NCBI GenBank assembly: GCA_044222475.1
Contig: JBGANF010000093.1
Coordinates: 1-32,410, forward strand
Reading direction: 5' to 3'
Length of the DNA: 32,410 bases
From: Polyangiaceae bacterium
GTDB lineage: Bacteria; Myxococcota_A; Polyangia; Polyangiales; Polyangiaceae
Below, piece by piece: positions 1 to 9,465 of this stretch. Made by a program: the position numbers and the translations under genes. A model generated the notes under the pieces. It saw only the letters and a list, made by a program, of their open reading frames with translations, was not told the origin of the DNA and did no database searches. Within the stretch, counting starts at the first letter, position 1, and each line of letters opens with the position of its first letter.

Positions 1-1
1 G

Positions 2-517
2 CACGTACTTCCCCTTCGCCGGCCCGTTCGTGAGCCGCGTCGGACGCGCGATCACCCACTCGAGACCACTCTCTTCCGTCATGCGCTCCTGCACGTCGTG
101 ATCGGCGAAGAAGCCCTTCAAGAGCATGCCGATGAGAAACGTCCGCTGGAACCAGCTCGCCACCGGCTTCGTGTTTCCGACGCCGTGCGCGGTGAGCACC
201 ACGAGGCGCTTCACCCGGTGCTCCTTCATCGCGTCGATGCAGTACTTCGTGCCGCGCGAGAAGTAATCGGGCTTCTCCTTGATCGCGCTCAGCTTGGTCG
301 GCGAGGCGCAGATGATCACCGCGTCGTGACCGGCCACCGCCTTGCGCACCGACTCCGCGTCGTGGAAGTCGCCGGCGAGCTTCGTGAGGGCGTCGTGGGT
401 GACGTCGAGCTTCGAAGGCGTGCGTGAGAACGCGGTCACCGAGTGCCCCTTCGCGAGCGCGGCCTTCACGCAGAGGGCGCCGGTTCCCTGAGATGCGCCG
501 AGGACGAGGATCTTCAT
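2..517 (-). CDS. NAD(P)H-binding atypical SDR / flavin reductase (biliverdin reductase B-like), 3'-truncated by window edge
   Basis: Not in ORF track. Manual translation from ATG at 517: MKILVLGASQGTGALCVKAALAKGHSVTAFSRTPSKLD...GHDAVII...IDAMKEHRVKRLVVLTAHG...SGLEWVIARPTRLTNGP. Rossmann GASxGTG motif; frame open to window start; starts 16 nt after mutS2 stop. Confidence 0.88.
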   Translation of the reverse strand, partial: MKILVLGASQGTGALCVKAALAKGHSVTAFSRTPSKLDVTHDALTKLAGDFHDAESVRKAVAGHDAVIICASPTKLSAIKEKPDYFSRGTKYCIDAMKEHRVKRLVVLTAHGVGNTKPVASWFQRTFLIGMLLKGFFADHDVQERMTEESGLEWVIARPTRLTNGPAKGKYV

Positions 518-533
518 GGCCGCCACGTTACAC

Positions 534-2948
534 TCACGCGAGCCAGGCGATCGTCACTCCGTCCCCGCCTTCTCCGCTGCCACCCGGACGAAACTTCGCG
601 ACGAAGCGGTTCGCTCCGAGGTCGCGACGAATCGCGTCGCGGAGGGCGCCGGTGCCGTGGCCGTGGATGATGAACACGAGCCGCAGCCCGTCGTTGATGG
701 CGCGGTCGATGAACGTACCCGCGAGGGACAACGCGTCGTCGACGCGGAGCCCGCGCACGTCGCACGTGTTGTCCGTCGTCTGGATCGCGACCTCGTCGGT
801 GGTCGACGGAGCAGGCACGGCCTTCACCGATCGCGGGCCCCGCGGGCGCTCCTTCGGTGGCGGCGGCCCGGCCGTGCGCAGCTCGCTCGGCGAGACGACG
901 AGCTTCAGCGCACCCGCGCCCACGCGGACGCCCTCGGGCGAGACGTTCAGCACCTCCGCCGTCGCGCGCAGGCGGGTCACCCAGACGCGCATCCCCGGCC
1001 GCAGATCGGCGACGTCGACTGGCGAACGTTCGTCGATCTCGGCGCCGGCGCCGGTGTGCACGTCGAGATCGCTCCCGACCGCCACGACCGAAGCGACGCG
1101 GTCGAGCGCCCGGTTGCCCTCGCGGAGTGCGCTCTCGTCGAGCTTCTTCTCCCGCAGACGCGCCTGAGCCTGACGCAGGTCATCGCGCGCGCGCCGGAGT
1201 CCGGCGAGAATCCCCTCCCCTTCGCGCGACAGCATCTCCTTCTCGCGTGACCGCGCGGTCTGAAGCTCCGCCCCGAGGCGCACTCGCAACGTCTCGGCTT
1301 CGCGCCGCTCCTCCTCTGCCGCGGCACGCGCGAGCTCCAACGCGGCGCGCTCGTCGTGGACTCGTTTGACCTCGTCCTCGAGCGATCGGTCCTCGCGCGA
1401 CATGAAGCGCTCCGCGCGCTCGACGACGGTGCTCGGCATGCCGAAGCGACGCGCGACCGCGAGCGCGCTCGATCGCCCAGGGATCCCGAGGGCGAGCTTG
1501 AACGTCGGGGTCATCGTCGCCATGTCGAAGCCGACGCACGCGTTCATGAATCGGTCGTCCCCCAGCGCGAGCGCTTTCAGCCCCTCGTAGTGGGTCGTCA
1601 CGATCACCGCGGCGCCGCGCGCGCACAGCGAGTCGAGGACCCCCGCCGCGAGCGCCTCGCCTTCGCGCGGGTCGGTGCCGCCGGCGAGCTCGTCGAGAAG
1701 TACCAGCGCACCGGGGCGCGTCTCGTCGAGGATGGCGACCAGGTTCCGAACGTGGGCGCTGAACGTCGAGAGGTTCTTGTGCAGGCTCTGATCGTCGCCG
1801 ACGTCGCTCAGGACGAGGTCGAAGATCCCGACGACGCTGCCTTCGGCGCACGGCACCGGGAGCCCGCTCCGCACGAGCAGCGCGGCGAGGCCCGCCGTCT
1901 TCAGCGCGACCGTCTTGCCGCCGGCGTTGGGTCCGCTGACGACCATCGCCGTGCCGCTCTTCAAGCGCAGGTCGCTCGCGACGACGCTCGGGAGGTCGAA
2001 CGCGAGGAGCAGATGCCGCGCCTCGCGCAGATCGAGCCGGGGCTCGTCGACGATCTCCGGGAACACGAGCGAGTACTCCTCGGCGAGCCGCGCGATCGCG
2101 CTGCACGCGTCCGCGCGGGCGACGGCATACACCGCGAACATCAAGCTCGGCAGGACCGCCATGAGTCGCCCCGAAAGCTCGGTGCAGATCGCGAGCTCTT
2201 CCCGCGCGACCTCGCCCTCGAGCATCTTGAGTCGATTGCCCATCGGGATGATCGCGCGAGGCTCCACGAAGATGGTGCCGCCGCTCGCGCTCGACGAGTG
2301 CACGATGCCGGGGAAACGCTGGTGCGCGTCGGAGCGGAGCGGAATGACCCAGCGCCCCTCGCGCTCGGTGACGAAGCGATCCTGGAGGATGTCCGCGTAG
2401 CGCGTCATCAGCTCTTCGAGTCGGCTGATGATCCGCGCGCGGCCCGCGCGGTACTCGGATCGCAGCTCGCGCAGGCGTGGGCTCGCGTGATCGGCGAGGG
2501 TCCCCGTCTCGTCGATGCACCGCGAGATCTCGGCCTCGACGGCGTCGAGCGAGGGATCGGTCGCGAGCGCGGCCGCGAGCGCCGGCGCGCGATCCTTGCG
2601 CATCAGGACGAAGCGCCGCACGTTGCGCGCGGTCACGAGCAGCTGCGCGAAGTTCCGGAGCTCGGCGCAGGAGAGAACGCCAGCCGCGCCGAGACGCGCG
2701 AGGGCCTCTTCGACGTCGGCGACGGCGGCCACCGGGAGCTTCTCGCCGGAGGCGCGGAGCACCGTGGCCTCTCGTGCCTCCGCCGCGCTGCGGCGCACGT
2801 CGTCGCGCGTCGACGCGAACGGCAGCGCGAGCGCGGCAAGTCGCCCTGGCGCGCTCACGCACCGATCGGCGAGCGCCGCGAGAACGCGGTCCCACTCGAG
2901 ATCGGCCCGAGTCTTCGCCGGGCAAGGGTCCTCCGTGAGCGGAGTCAT
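534..2948 (-). CDS. mutS2: Endonuclease MutS2 (MutS ATPase + C-terminal Smr domain)
   Basis: N-term DLEWDRVL, GIVHSSSASGGTIFVEP, Walker A GPNAGGKT, DVGDDQSLHKNLSTFSAH, Walker B LLDELAGGTDP, TTHY, coiled coil, Smr motifs DVRGLRVDDA / IIHGHGTGALR / GGDGVT. Confidence 0.96.
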   Translation of the reverse strand: MTPLTEDPCPAKTRADLEWDRVLAALADRCVSAPGRLAALALPFASTRDDVRRSAAEAREATVLRASGEKLPVAAVADVEEALARLGAAGVLSCAELRNFAQLLVTARNVRRFVLMRKDRAPALAAALATDPSLDAVEAEISRCIDETGTLADHASPRLRELRSEYRAGRARIISRLEELMTRYADILQDRFVTEREGRWVIPLRSDAHQRFPGIVHSSSASGGTIFVEPRAIIPMGNRLKMLEGEVAREELAICTELSGRLMAVLPSLMFAVYAVARADACSAIARLAEEYSLVFPEIVDEPRLDLREARHLLLAFDLPSVVASDLRLKSGTAMVVSGPNAGGKTVALKTAGLAALLVRSGLPVPCAEGSVVGIFDLVLSDVGDDQSLHKNLSTFSAHVRNLVAILDETRPGALVLLDELAGGTDPREGEALAAGVLDSLCARGAAVIVTTHYEGLKALALGDDRFMNACVGFDMATMTPTFKLALGIPGRSSALAVARRFGMPSTVVERAERFMSREDRSLEDEVKRVHDERAALELARAAAEEERREAETLRVRLGAELQTARSREKEMLSREGEGILAGLRRARDDLRQAQARLREKKLDESALREGNRALDRVASVVAVGSDLDVHTGAGAEIDERSPVDVADLRPGMRVWVTRLRATAEVLNVSPEGVRVGAGALKLVVSPSELRTAGPPPPKERPRGPRSVKAVPAPSTTDEVAIQTTDNTCDVRGLRVDDALSLAGTFIDRAINDGLRLVFIIHGHGTGALRDAIRRDLGANRFVAKFRPGGSGEGGDGVTIAWLA

Positions 2949-3001
2949 GATGTGTTCATCTTACGACGGAACGCGGCGGGCTCTGACATGGGACGGTGCT
3001 T

Positions 3002-3409
3002 TCACCGGAGCGATCGAGCCACGGTGACGACCCCCACCGCCATCGCCACCGCGCCGGCGGGCGCGAGGATCACGGCGAGCCCCGGATCCCCTCCGTGCAC
3101 GACGATGCCCCCGAGCAAGAACCCCAGCGGTACGAGCACGAGACCACCGAGCAGCCCAGCCGACGCGACCGGCCTCGCGGTCTCCGGCAGGGCGCGCACG
3201 GTCAAGCCGTAGACGACGTTCACCAGCGCGAAGAGCGTGCCGTGGGCGTGCGCGAGCCGAAACATGAGCCGCCGCGTCTCGTTTCCGACGTCGAGGTAGA
3301 ACCCGGCCTTCGTCGCATGCAGCGACTCGAGCACCACCCCGAGCACCAAGTAGAGCGCGAGCGCCCAATACCCGGCCCGCAGGTGGCGCTTGGAGAGGTC
3401 GGTGCTCAC
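3002..3409 (-). CDS. Small 4-TM membrane protein with AHAHG motif
   Basis: 135 aa with four hydrophobic stretches and RLMFRLAHAHGTL; GTG start overlaps the upstream cytochrome stop (GTGA, 3406-3409). Confidence 0.85.
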   Translation of the reverse strand: MSTDLSKRHLRAGYWALALYLVLGVVLESLHATKAGFYLDVGNETRRLMFRLAHAHGTLFALVNVVYGLTVRALPETARPVASAGLLGGLVLVPLGFLLGGIVVHGGDPGLAVILAPAGAVAMAVGVVTVARSLR

Positions 3410-5166
3410 TCGGAGATCGTTATCGCGCGCGTGTCACGCCGCGCAAGGAGGCTTTTCCGAGTCTCGGCGTCGACGAGCTCCACCTCGTCGGTGCCGGGGA
3501 ACGACGCCGACGACCGCTCGGCGATGAGGCGAACGGCGGCGTAGTCGTCCGCTCTCAACACCGAGAGCACGCCGCGCTGCCAGCCGGCGCCGGACGCGGC
3601 GCGCGAGTCGGGCTCGCCCATCGCGGCGGCGACCAGGGCGCGCATCGCCGCATCGCCTCGGAGGGCGAGGAACGCCGCCACCGGTACGTCGCGCACGTCG
3701 GCGGGGATCGCGATCGACTTCGCGCCGTACCACTCGTCGAGCCGATCCGCAGTCCACCCGAGCGATCGCGAGAGGTGGCAGAGGTTGCACGCCGTCATGC
3801 GTCCGGTCGCGAGCGCCGTCGCGACGCTCGGGCTCTCGATGCGGTGCGACCGGATCGACTTGAGGAGCGCGTACGTGGTCTTCGGCATGTGGCACGACTC
3901 GCACTGCGTCGCGGGGCTCCCTGCCGCGTGCCGCACGTGGGCGGGAGCGTCACGCCCCGCGTGACACCCGAGGCACGTCGCCGACGTCGAGCGATCGGTA
4001 CGAAGCTGGTCGTCCGGGTCGCTCGCGTGCATCGAGTGACACGAGAGGCACGACATCTTGCGGTCGCCGTCGCCGTGCTCGAAGCACGGCGAGCGCACGA
4101 GCCCGTTGTACTCGCGCCCGCCCACCCGAATCGTCCCGTCGCTCCAATAGAGGCTCGCCTCGGCCGCTTCGATCTTCGGAGCCCCCTTCTCGCCGAGCGT
4201 CTCGGGAAACAGGACGAAGCGCGAGGTCTCCAGAGCGTCGCCAGGGTGAAAGCTCGTCGCGTATCCGGCGCTCCACCACGTGGCCTCGTCCCGCGGGTAC
4301 GCGAACGAGTGACACTGCCCGCAGACGGCCGACGCGCGTTCGGCCCCGAGCCTCGCAGGGTTCACGATGGTCGGATCCGATGTACCATTTTGGGACACGC
4401 GAGCGATCGGGTTCCGGCGTGCCGCCGCGTGGGCCTCCCCCGGCCCGTGGCATGCCTCGCACGCGATCCCGAGCTCGGCCTCGCGCGTACGGAAGACGTT
4501 CGTGTCCTCGTCGTGGCCCGGTCTCCCTGCGACGGCATGGCACGCGAGGCAGTTCGAGTTCCACCGCGCTCCGTGTCCTGACGCCGCGTCGCTCGTGCCC
4601 GGCGGCTGGAGAAAGACGTCACGACGCGCCAGCCACCGCGCCTCCCGAAAGACGTACACGAGCGGAAACAAGGCGAGCTCGCCCGGTCGCTCGCCGGCGA
4701 CCCAGAACGCTTGGTAGTGGTGCGAGCCGGTCGTCAGGAGGACCGGCTCCTTCTTCCCCGGGCGACCCGCCACGACCCGCCCCGCTTCCACCGCGACCTC
4801 GTAGGTCAGCCCGTCGAGCTCCATCGCTGCCGGCAGCGGCGCGCGGACCGCGCTCGGCTCCGCGCGCTGGGTCATCGTACGATGGAACGTGCGCGACCAC
4901 GACGCGTGCTCGCTCGGATGACAGCTCCGGCACGCGTCCGACGACGCGTATCCATCCTCGTGCGACCGGGGCGGGATCCCCGACGGCGGCGGCGGCGACG
5001 GCGACGGGCGGACGAACCCGGCGAGCGCCGCCGCGCCCGCTGCGCTCACGACGAGCAGCGCAACCGCCTTCCCCGCCGGCGCCCCGCCTTCGATCCGCCG
5101 CGCGCGCCACATCACCACCGCAGCGATCACGAACGCGATCGCGACGACGACGAGCTCCGGCGCCAT
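3406..5166 (-). CDS. Membrane-anchored multiheme (8x CxxCH) c-type cytochrome
   Basis: CRSCH, CLACH, CEACH, CGQCH, CLSCH, CLGCH, CESCH, CNLCH; two N-terminal hydrophobic segments plus Pro linker; HEAT-like helical C-terminus. Confidence 0.92.
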   Translation of the reverse strand: MAPELVVVAIAFVIAAVVMWRARRIEGGAPAGKAVALLVVSAAGAAALAGFVRPSPSPPPPSGIPPRSHEDGYASSDACRSCHPSEHASWSRTFHRTMTQRAEPSAVRAPLPAAMELDGLTYEVAVEAGRVVAGRPGKKEPVLLTTGSHHYQAFWVAGERPGELALFPLVYVFREARWLARRDVFLQPPGTSDAASGHGARWNSNCLACHAVAGRPGHDEDTNVFRTREAELGIACEACHGPGEAHAAARRNPIARVSQNGTSDPTIVNPARLGAERASAVCGQCHSFAYPRDEATWWSAGYATSFHPGDALETSRFVLFPETLGEKGAPKIEAAEASLYWSDGTIRVGGREYNGLVRSPCFEHGDGDRKMSCLSCHSMHASDPDDQLRTDRSTSATCLGCHAGRDAPAHVRHAAGSPATQCESCHMPKTTYALLKSIRSHRIESPSVATALATGRMTACNLCHLSRSLGWTADRLDEWYGAKSIAIPADVRDVPVAAFLALRGDAAMRALVAAAMGEPDSRAASGAGWQRGVLSVLRADDYAAVRLIAERSSASFPGTDEVELVDAETRKSLLARRDTRAITISE

Positions 5167-5181
5167 GTCGACGCGCCGCCG

Positions 5182-7134
5182 TTACTCGCGCTCGCCGCCG
5201 CCGCCACCGCCAGCCGGCATCGGGTTCTGCTCGCGCTCGAGGTAGCGGAAGATCGTCCGCGGATCGACGCCGAGGTCGCGCGCGGTCTGCGTGCGGTTCC
5301 CGTTGTTCCGCTCGAGCACCTCGAGGACGTACTTCCGCTGGAACTCTTCCTTGGCTTTCTCGAGCGGGAGGATGGGGCTCTCGGCGTTCTGCCCGAGATC
5401 CAGATCCTCCGGTCCGAGCAGCGAGCGATCGCACAAGACGAGCGCCTTCTTCAGCCGATTCTCGAGCTGGCGGATGTTGCCCGGCCACGGGAACTTCTTC
5501 ACCGCAGCGAGCGCTTGGGGAGTGAACCCCTGCACCGGAGACTTCATCTCGTCGGCGTACTTGGAGAGCAGCGCCTTCGCGATGATGAGCACGTCGTCGC
5601 CGCGATCGCGGAGCGGCGGCAGGAACAGGTTCACGACGTTCAGGCGGTAGTAGAGGTCCTCGCGAAAGCGGCCGGCGCGGATCTCTTCCTCGAGCACTCG
5701 GTTCGTCGCCGCGACGACGCGGATGTCGACCTTCTCGGGCTTGCTGTCGCCCACCCGGAACACGATCCGCTCTTGCAGCGCGCGCAGAAGCTTCACCTGC
5801 AGGTTCAGGGGGAGCTCGCCGATTTCGTCGAGGAAGAGCGTCCCCTTGTCCGCGACCTGGAACTTCCCGGGTCGCGACGCGATGGCGCCGGTGAACGCGC
5901 CCTTCACGTGTCCGAAGAGCTCGCTCTCGATGAGGTTCTCGGGGATCGCGCCGCAGTTGATGACGACGAACGGGCCGTTGGCGCGCGCCGAGCGGCGATG
6001 GACCTCGCGCGCGATGAGCTCCTTGCCGGTGCCCGTCTCGCCGGTGATGAGCACGCTGATGTCGGTCGTGGCGACCTTCTGCAGCTTGCGAAACACCTCC
6101 TGCATCGAGGCGCACACGCCGATGATCTCGCCGAAGCGCTTGTCCTTCAGCTCTGCCGAGAGCTTTTCTTTGTCCGCGCGCAGCGTGCTGAGGAGCATCG
6201 CGTTCTCGAGGATGAGGCTCGCCTGCGACGCGAAGATCGTGAGGACGTCGAGCTGGGCGCGCTCGAAGAGGCCCTTCACGCGATCGTTGCCGACGTAGAG
6301 CACGCCGCTGACGTGGCCTTGCGAGACGAGCGGCGCGCACATGACGCTCGACAGCTTCAGCGCGAGGACGCTCTCGCTCGATCCGAACTGCGCGTCGGTC
6401 GTGGCGTCGCTGACGATGATGGGCTTGCCGGTCTCCACGACGCGCTGGACGATGCTGTCGGAGATCTCGCCGTTGGGATCGGTGATGGCTTCACGGCGAA
6501 CGTTGCGGGCCGCACGGATTCGCGCCCGACCGCCGTCTTTCGCCGCGTCCTCACCCGCACCCTCGGTCGCCGCCGGACGATCGTCCAAGAGGAGGATCAG
6601 CCCCTTCTCGGCGCCGGTCACGTCGATCACCGCGTCGAGCATGGCCTCGAGCAGCTCCTCGATGTTGCGCAGGGTCATCAGCTTCTCGCTGAACTCGTTG
6701 AGCTTCCGAAGGCCCGCGAGCGACTGCCCGGCGGAGAACAGCTGCGTCTCGCTCACCGAGTGCATCGGCCGGCCGGCGGACCCGGACGCCCCCGAGCCCG
6801 CGGTCGGGCTGGCGCTGGGCTGAGGTCTGGACGCAGTTCGCGGCTCGTCGAACATGCTGAACGCGAGCTCGGCGTCACCGAGGACCAGACGGTCGCCGTG
6901 AACCAAGCGCGCGCGCCGCTTCTTCTTTCCGTTGATCAGGATCTCGCCGTGACGGTCGACCTCTTCGAGGTTGAAGTCGCGACCATCGAAGAGGATCTGC
7001 GCGTGGGTCTCGGCGATCTTCTCGCTCTTGACGACCACGTCGTTTCCCAGCGCCCGGCCGACGGTCGACACGGGCTTGTGGAGGACGAACGTGTGCGGGG
7101 CGCCCTCCGGCGGGAACCATTTGAGCGTCGGCAT
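5182..7134 (-). CDS. Sigma54-dependent enhancer-binding protein, FHA-GAF-AAA+-HTH(Fis)
   Basis: FHA-like VGRALGNDVV...HAQI; GAF (SVMCAPL...GVLYV); GETGTGKE, ESELFGHVKGAFTGA, LFLDEIGE, FREDLYYRLNV, WPGNIRQLEN; HTH NRTQTARDLGVDPRTIFR. Confidence 0.96.
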   Translation of the reverse strand: MPTLKWFPPEGAPHTFVLHKPVSTVGRALGNDVVVKSEKIAETHAQILFDGRDFNLEEVDRHGEILINGKKKRRARLVHGDRLVLGDAELAFSMFDEPRTASRPQPSASPTAGSGASGSAGRPMHSVSETQLFSAGQSLAGLRKLNEFSEKLMTLRNIEELLEAMLDAVIDVTGAEKGLILLLDDRPAATEGAGEDAAKDGGRARIRAARNVRREAITDPNGEISDSIVQRVVETGKPIIVSDATTDAQFGSSESVLALKLSSVMCAPLVSQGHVSGVLYVGNDRVKGLFERAQLDVLTIFASQASLILENAMLLSTLRADKEKLSAELKDKRFGEIIGVCASMQEVFRKLQKVATTDISVLITGETGTGKELIAREVHRRSARANGPFVVINCGAIPENLIESELFGHVKGAFTGAIASRPGKFQVADKGTLFLDEIGELPLNLQVKLLRALQERIVFRVGDSKPEKVDIRVVAATNRVLEEEIRAGRFREDLYYRLNVVNLFLPPLRDRGDDVLIIAKALLSKYADEMKSPVQGFTPQALAAVKKFPWPGNIRQLENRLKKALVLCDRSLLGPEDLDLGQNAESPILPLEKAKEEFQRKYVLEVLERNNGNRTQTARDLGVDPRTIFRYLEREQNPMPAGGGGGGERE

Positions 7135-7347
7135 CTATCCCCTGCCGGTATACTTGGTTTTCCGGTGCTCTGCGACGGCGGCGAGTGTGTGCACGCCCAG
7201 CGGGGACGTGCGGGGCAAGGTGCCGCCTCGGGTGGTCGGCCCCGATGTAGGACACGCCGCGTCAAAGAAACATTGACCATCTTGAGGAAACCCGACTAAA
7301 TCACCGCCACGTTCGTTGGTTTCCTGCATTTCCAAGAGGAGAGAGTC

Positions 7348-7518
7348 ATGAAGAAGGTTGCGATTCTGGCGGTTCTGACGTTGGCGGGTGCGCTCGCCGG
7401 TGTGGCATGCGGCGGCGACAAGCCGGCGGCGGATCCGAGCGGGAGCACGACGACCACGTCGAGCGGCGCACCGACGGACAGCGCGGCTCCCGCGGCGTCG
7501 GCTACCCCCGCCAAGTGA
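7348..7518 (+). CDS. Small (56 aa) lipoprotein with S/T/A/P-rich disordered body
   Basis: Not in ORF track. Purine-rich RBS aagaggagag before ATG 7348; MKKVAILAVLTLAGALAGVA-C-GGDKPAADPSGSTTTTSSGAPTDSAAPAASATPAK*; signal peptide II with lipobox GVAC. Confidence 0.85.
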   Translation: MKKVAILAVLTLAGALAGVACGGDKPAADPSGSTTTTSSGAPTDSAAPAASATPAK

Positions 7519-7559
7519 GCTGAACGAAGGGGCGAGTCGTTCAAACGAACCGCTCACGG

Positions 7560-7605
7560 AACGGGACGCGTTGCGCAACGTGCGCGCGCGTCCCGTTTCG
7601 CTTTT
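7560..7605 (+). terminator. Probable intrinsic terminator after the first small lipoprotein
   Basis: Perfect 11-bp stem aacgggacgcg (7560-7570) / cgcgtcccgtt (7587-7597) followed by tcgctttt. Confidence 0.6.
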
Positions 7606-7642
7606 GTCTATCCCTGGTATGCCTGATGGTGGGAGGTGCGTG

Positions 7643-7831
7643 GTGCGGAAGCTCGTCTTGGTCGGCCTGCTCGTTTGGGGTTCAGTCGTGGGCGCGTGCG
7701 GGGGCAAGAAGGAACCGATGGTTCCCGATGGCCCCGAGATGAACGTGCCCGACGCCGGGCTCGACGATCCGGCGGCGAGCGCGACGCCGAGCGCCAGCAC
7801 GGCGACCCCGCCGGCGCCCCCGGCGAAGTAG
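7643..7831 (+). CDS. Small (~62 aa) lipoprotein, paralog-like of 7348-7518
   Basis: RBS ggagg (7632-7636), GTG start at 7643 (or 7640); MRKLVLVGLLVWGSVVGA-C-GGKKEP...PAASATP...PAPPAK*; lipobox VGAC. Confidence 0.8.
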   Translation: MRKLVLVGLLVWGSVVGACGGKKEPMVPDGPEMNVPDAGLDDPAASATPSASTATPPAPPAK

Positions 7832-7880
7832 TTGGCAGCCGGCTAACAATTCTCTGTCGGGGGCGAAGCCCTGACGTTGA

Positions 7881-9347
7881 CTACCAGGTGCCGGCGGCCG
7901 TGAGCATTCCGCCGCCGCCCTGAAGCGGCGCGCCACCGAGGATGAACGGAGGCTTCCACGCCGTCTTGGGCGCGTTCGGATCCTTCGGTGCGTCGTCGTC
8001 GTCCTTCATGCCGCTGGTCAGGATCGCGCCGAGCGTCACGCCGGCCACGAGGCCGAGGCCGTTCGCGATCATGCCGCGGCGGATCTCGCTGGGGTCGTCC
8101 TTGCCGACGTAGAACAAGTAGACCGGCGACGTCGCGACGACGCCGATGGCTGCGCCGATCCACATCCACTTCTGGGACTGGAGCGACGGCGTGAACCCGA
8201 ACGCCGACAGCGTGCCGGTTCCGAGGAGACCCACGTTCGCTCCGACGAGGGCGCCGATCGCGGCGCCGGCGCCGAGCGTGTCGCCCGGAGTGCGGCGCGG
8301 ATCGCTCGGCTTGGGATCCGTCGCGCCAGCGCCTACGAACGCGCCCGCGAGGCCGCCCCACGCGACGCCGCCGGAGATGAAGCCGAGCGATTTCGGGTTC
8401 GGGCGGAGCGCTTCACCGAAGACGTAGCCACCGACGCCGCCGGCGGTCGCGCCGATGAACATCGACGTCATGTATCCGCTGAAGCCCCACTCGCTCTCGT
8501 AGGGAGACGCGGCGGAGACCGCGCCTGCGACGCCGAAGCCTTCGAGAGCTCCGATGATGATCCCCGTCGCCATCGTCGACGGAACGCCGCGGTGGATGTT
8601 GCCGTAGTAGTCCCAGATGAACATGCCGACCGGGACGGCGGCGCCGAGGAGGATCGGCGCGATGAGCGACGTCGCCGGCTCGAACTTGTTCTTCATCGCG
8701 AGCGAGTCGATCCAGATGCCGGCCAGCACGCCGTACGCCGCGCTCGTGCCGTAGAGGTAGGCCATCTCGCCCGCGCCACGCTTGTCCTTCTCCTTCGGGT
8801 CGACGGGCGGAGGGGGCGGCGGGGGATTCGGGGGCGGAGCCGTGCCTTGGGGCGGCGGGACCGTGCCCTGAGGAGGCGGCGGATAGCCTTGGGGCGGCGG
8901 GTAGCCCTGGGGCGGAGGCTGGGTGCCTTGCGGCGGGGGCGGATAGCCCTGGGGCGGCGGATACGTCCCCTGGGGCGGCGGGTAGCCCTGCGGCGGAGGC
9001 GGGGGGTAGCTCCCCTGGGGCGGCGGGTAGCCCTGCGGCGGGGGCGGATAGCCCTGGGGCGGCGGGGGCGGATAGCTCCCCTGAGGCGGCGGGTAGCCCT
9101 GGGGCGGCGGATAGGTCCCCTGCGGCGGGGGGTAGCCCTGCGGGGGCGGCGGCGGCGGGGTCGTGCTCGCCGGGGGCGGCGGGTAGCCCTGGGGCGGCGG
9201 CGGATACTGCGGCTGCTGGGCCGAGTCGGTCGGCTGGGGCGGGGGCGGGGGATACTGAGCCTCGGCTCGGTGAGCGAGTGTTCCCACTCCACCGAGGACG
9301 ACCGCGCTCAAACCAAGAACCATCCAGCGTGCACGTGAAGTCCGCAT
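7881..9347 (-). CDS. Secreted/envelope protein: signal peptide, PPPQGY-repeat region, Gly-rich hydrophobic C-terminal domain
   Basis: Likely start MRTSRARWMVLGLSAVVLGG...AEA|Q (AxA cleavage site); ~150 aa Pro-Gln-Gly-Tyr repeats; several Gly/Ala-rich hydrophobic helices; ends GGGGMLTAAGTW. Confidence 0.85.
   Translation of the reverse strand: MRTSRARWMVLGLSAVVLGGVGTLAHRAEAQYPPPPPQPTDSAQQPQYPPPPQGYPPPPASTTPPPPPPQGYPPPQGTYPPPQGYPPPQGSYPPPPPQGYPPPPQGYPPPQGSYPPPPPQGYPPPQGTYPPPQGYPPPPQGTQPPPQGYPPPQGYPPPPQGTVPPPQGTAPPPNPPPPPPPVDPKEKDKRGAGEMAYLYGTSAAYGVLAGIWIDSLAMKNKFEPATSLIAPILLGAAVPVGMFIWDYYGNIHRGVPSTMATGIIIGALEGFGVAGAVSAASPYESEWGFSGYMTSMFIGATAGGVGGYVFGEALRPNPKSLGFISGGVAWGGLAGAFVGAGATDPKPSDPRRTPGDTLGAGAAIGALVGANVGLLGTGTLSAFGFTPSLQSQKWMWIGAAIGVVATSPVYLFYVGKDDPSEIRRGMIANGLGLVAGVTLGAILTSGMKDDDDAPKDPNAPKTAWKPPFILGGAPLQGGGGMLTAAGTW
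8810..9255 (-). repeat. Coding tandem repeat encoding PPP(P)QG(Y/TY/SY)
   Basis: Imperfect 18-21-nt units such as ggcggcgggtagccctgg on the + strand, repeated more than 15 times. Confidence 0.9.
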
Positions 9348-9465
9348 CGCGGGGTAGGTTAGCGCACCTCCGCCTCGAAGCGAAACCGCGTCCTTGCTCA
9401 TCGGCCGTTCGACTGCGAACCCGCGGTTCTCATTCACCGCCCCGATCCCTGGCCCGTCGGCGTCT

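Noticed and set aside
7135..7347. Sigma54 (-24/-12) promoter or riboswitch in the EBP/lipoprotein divergent region
   Set aside because: No TGGCAC-N5-TTGC match or recognisable aptamer; TTGACC at 7273 lacks a convincing -10 at proper spacing
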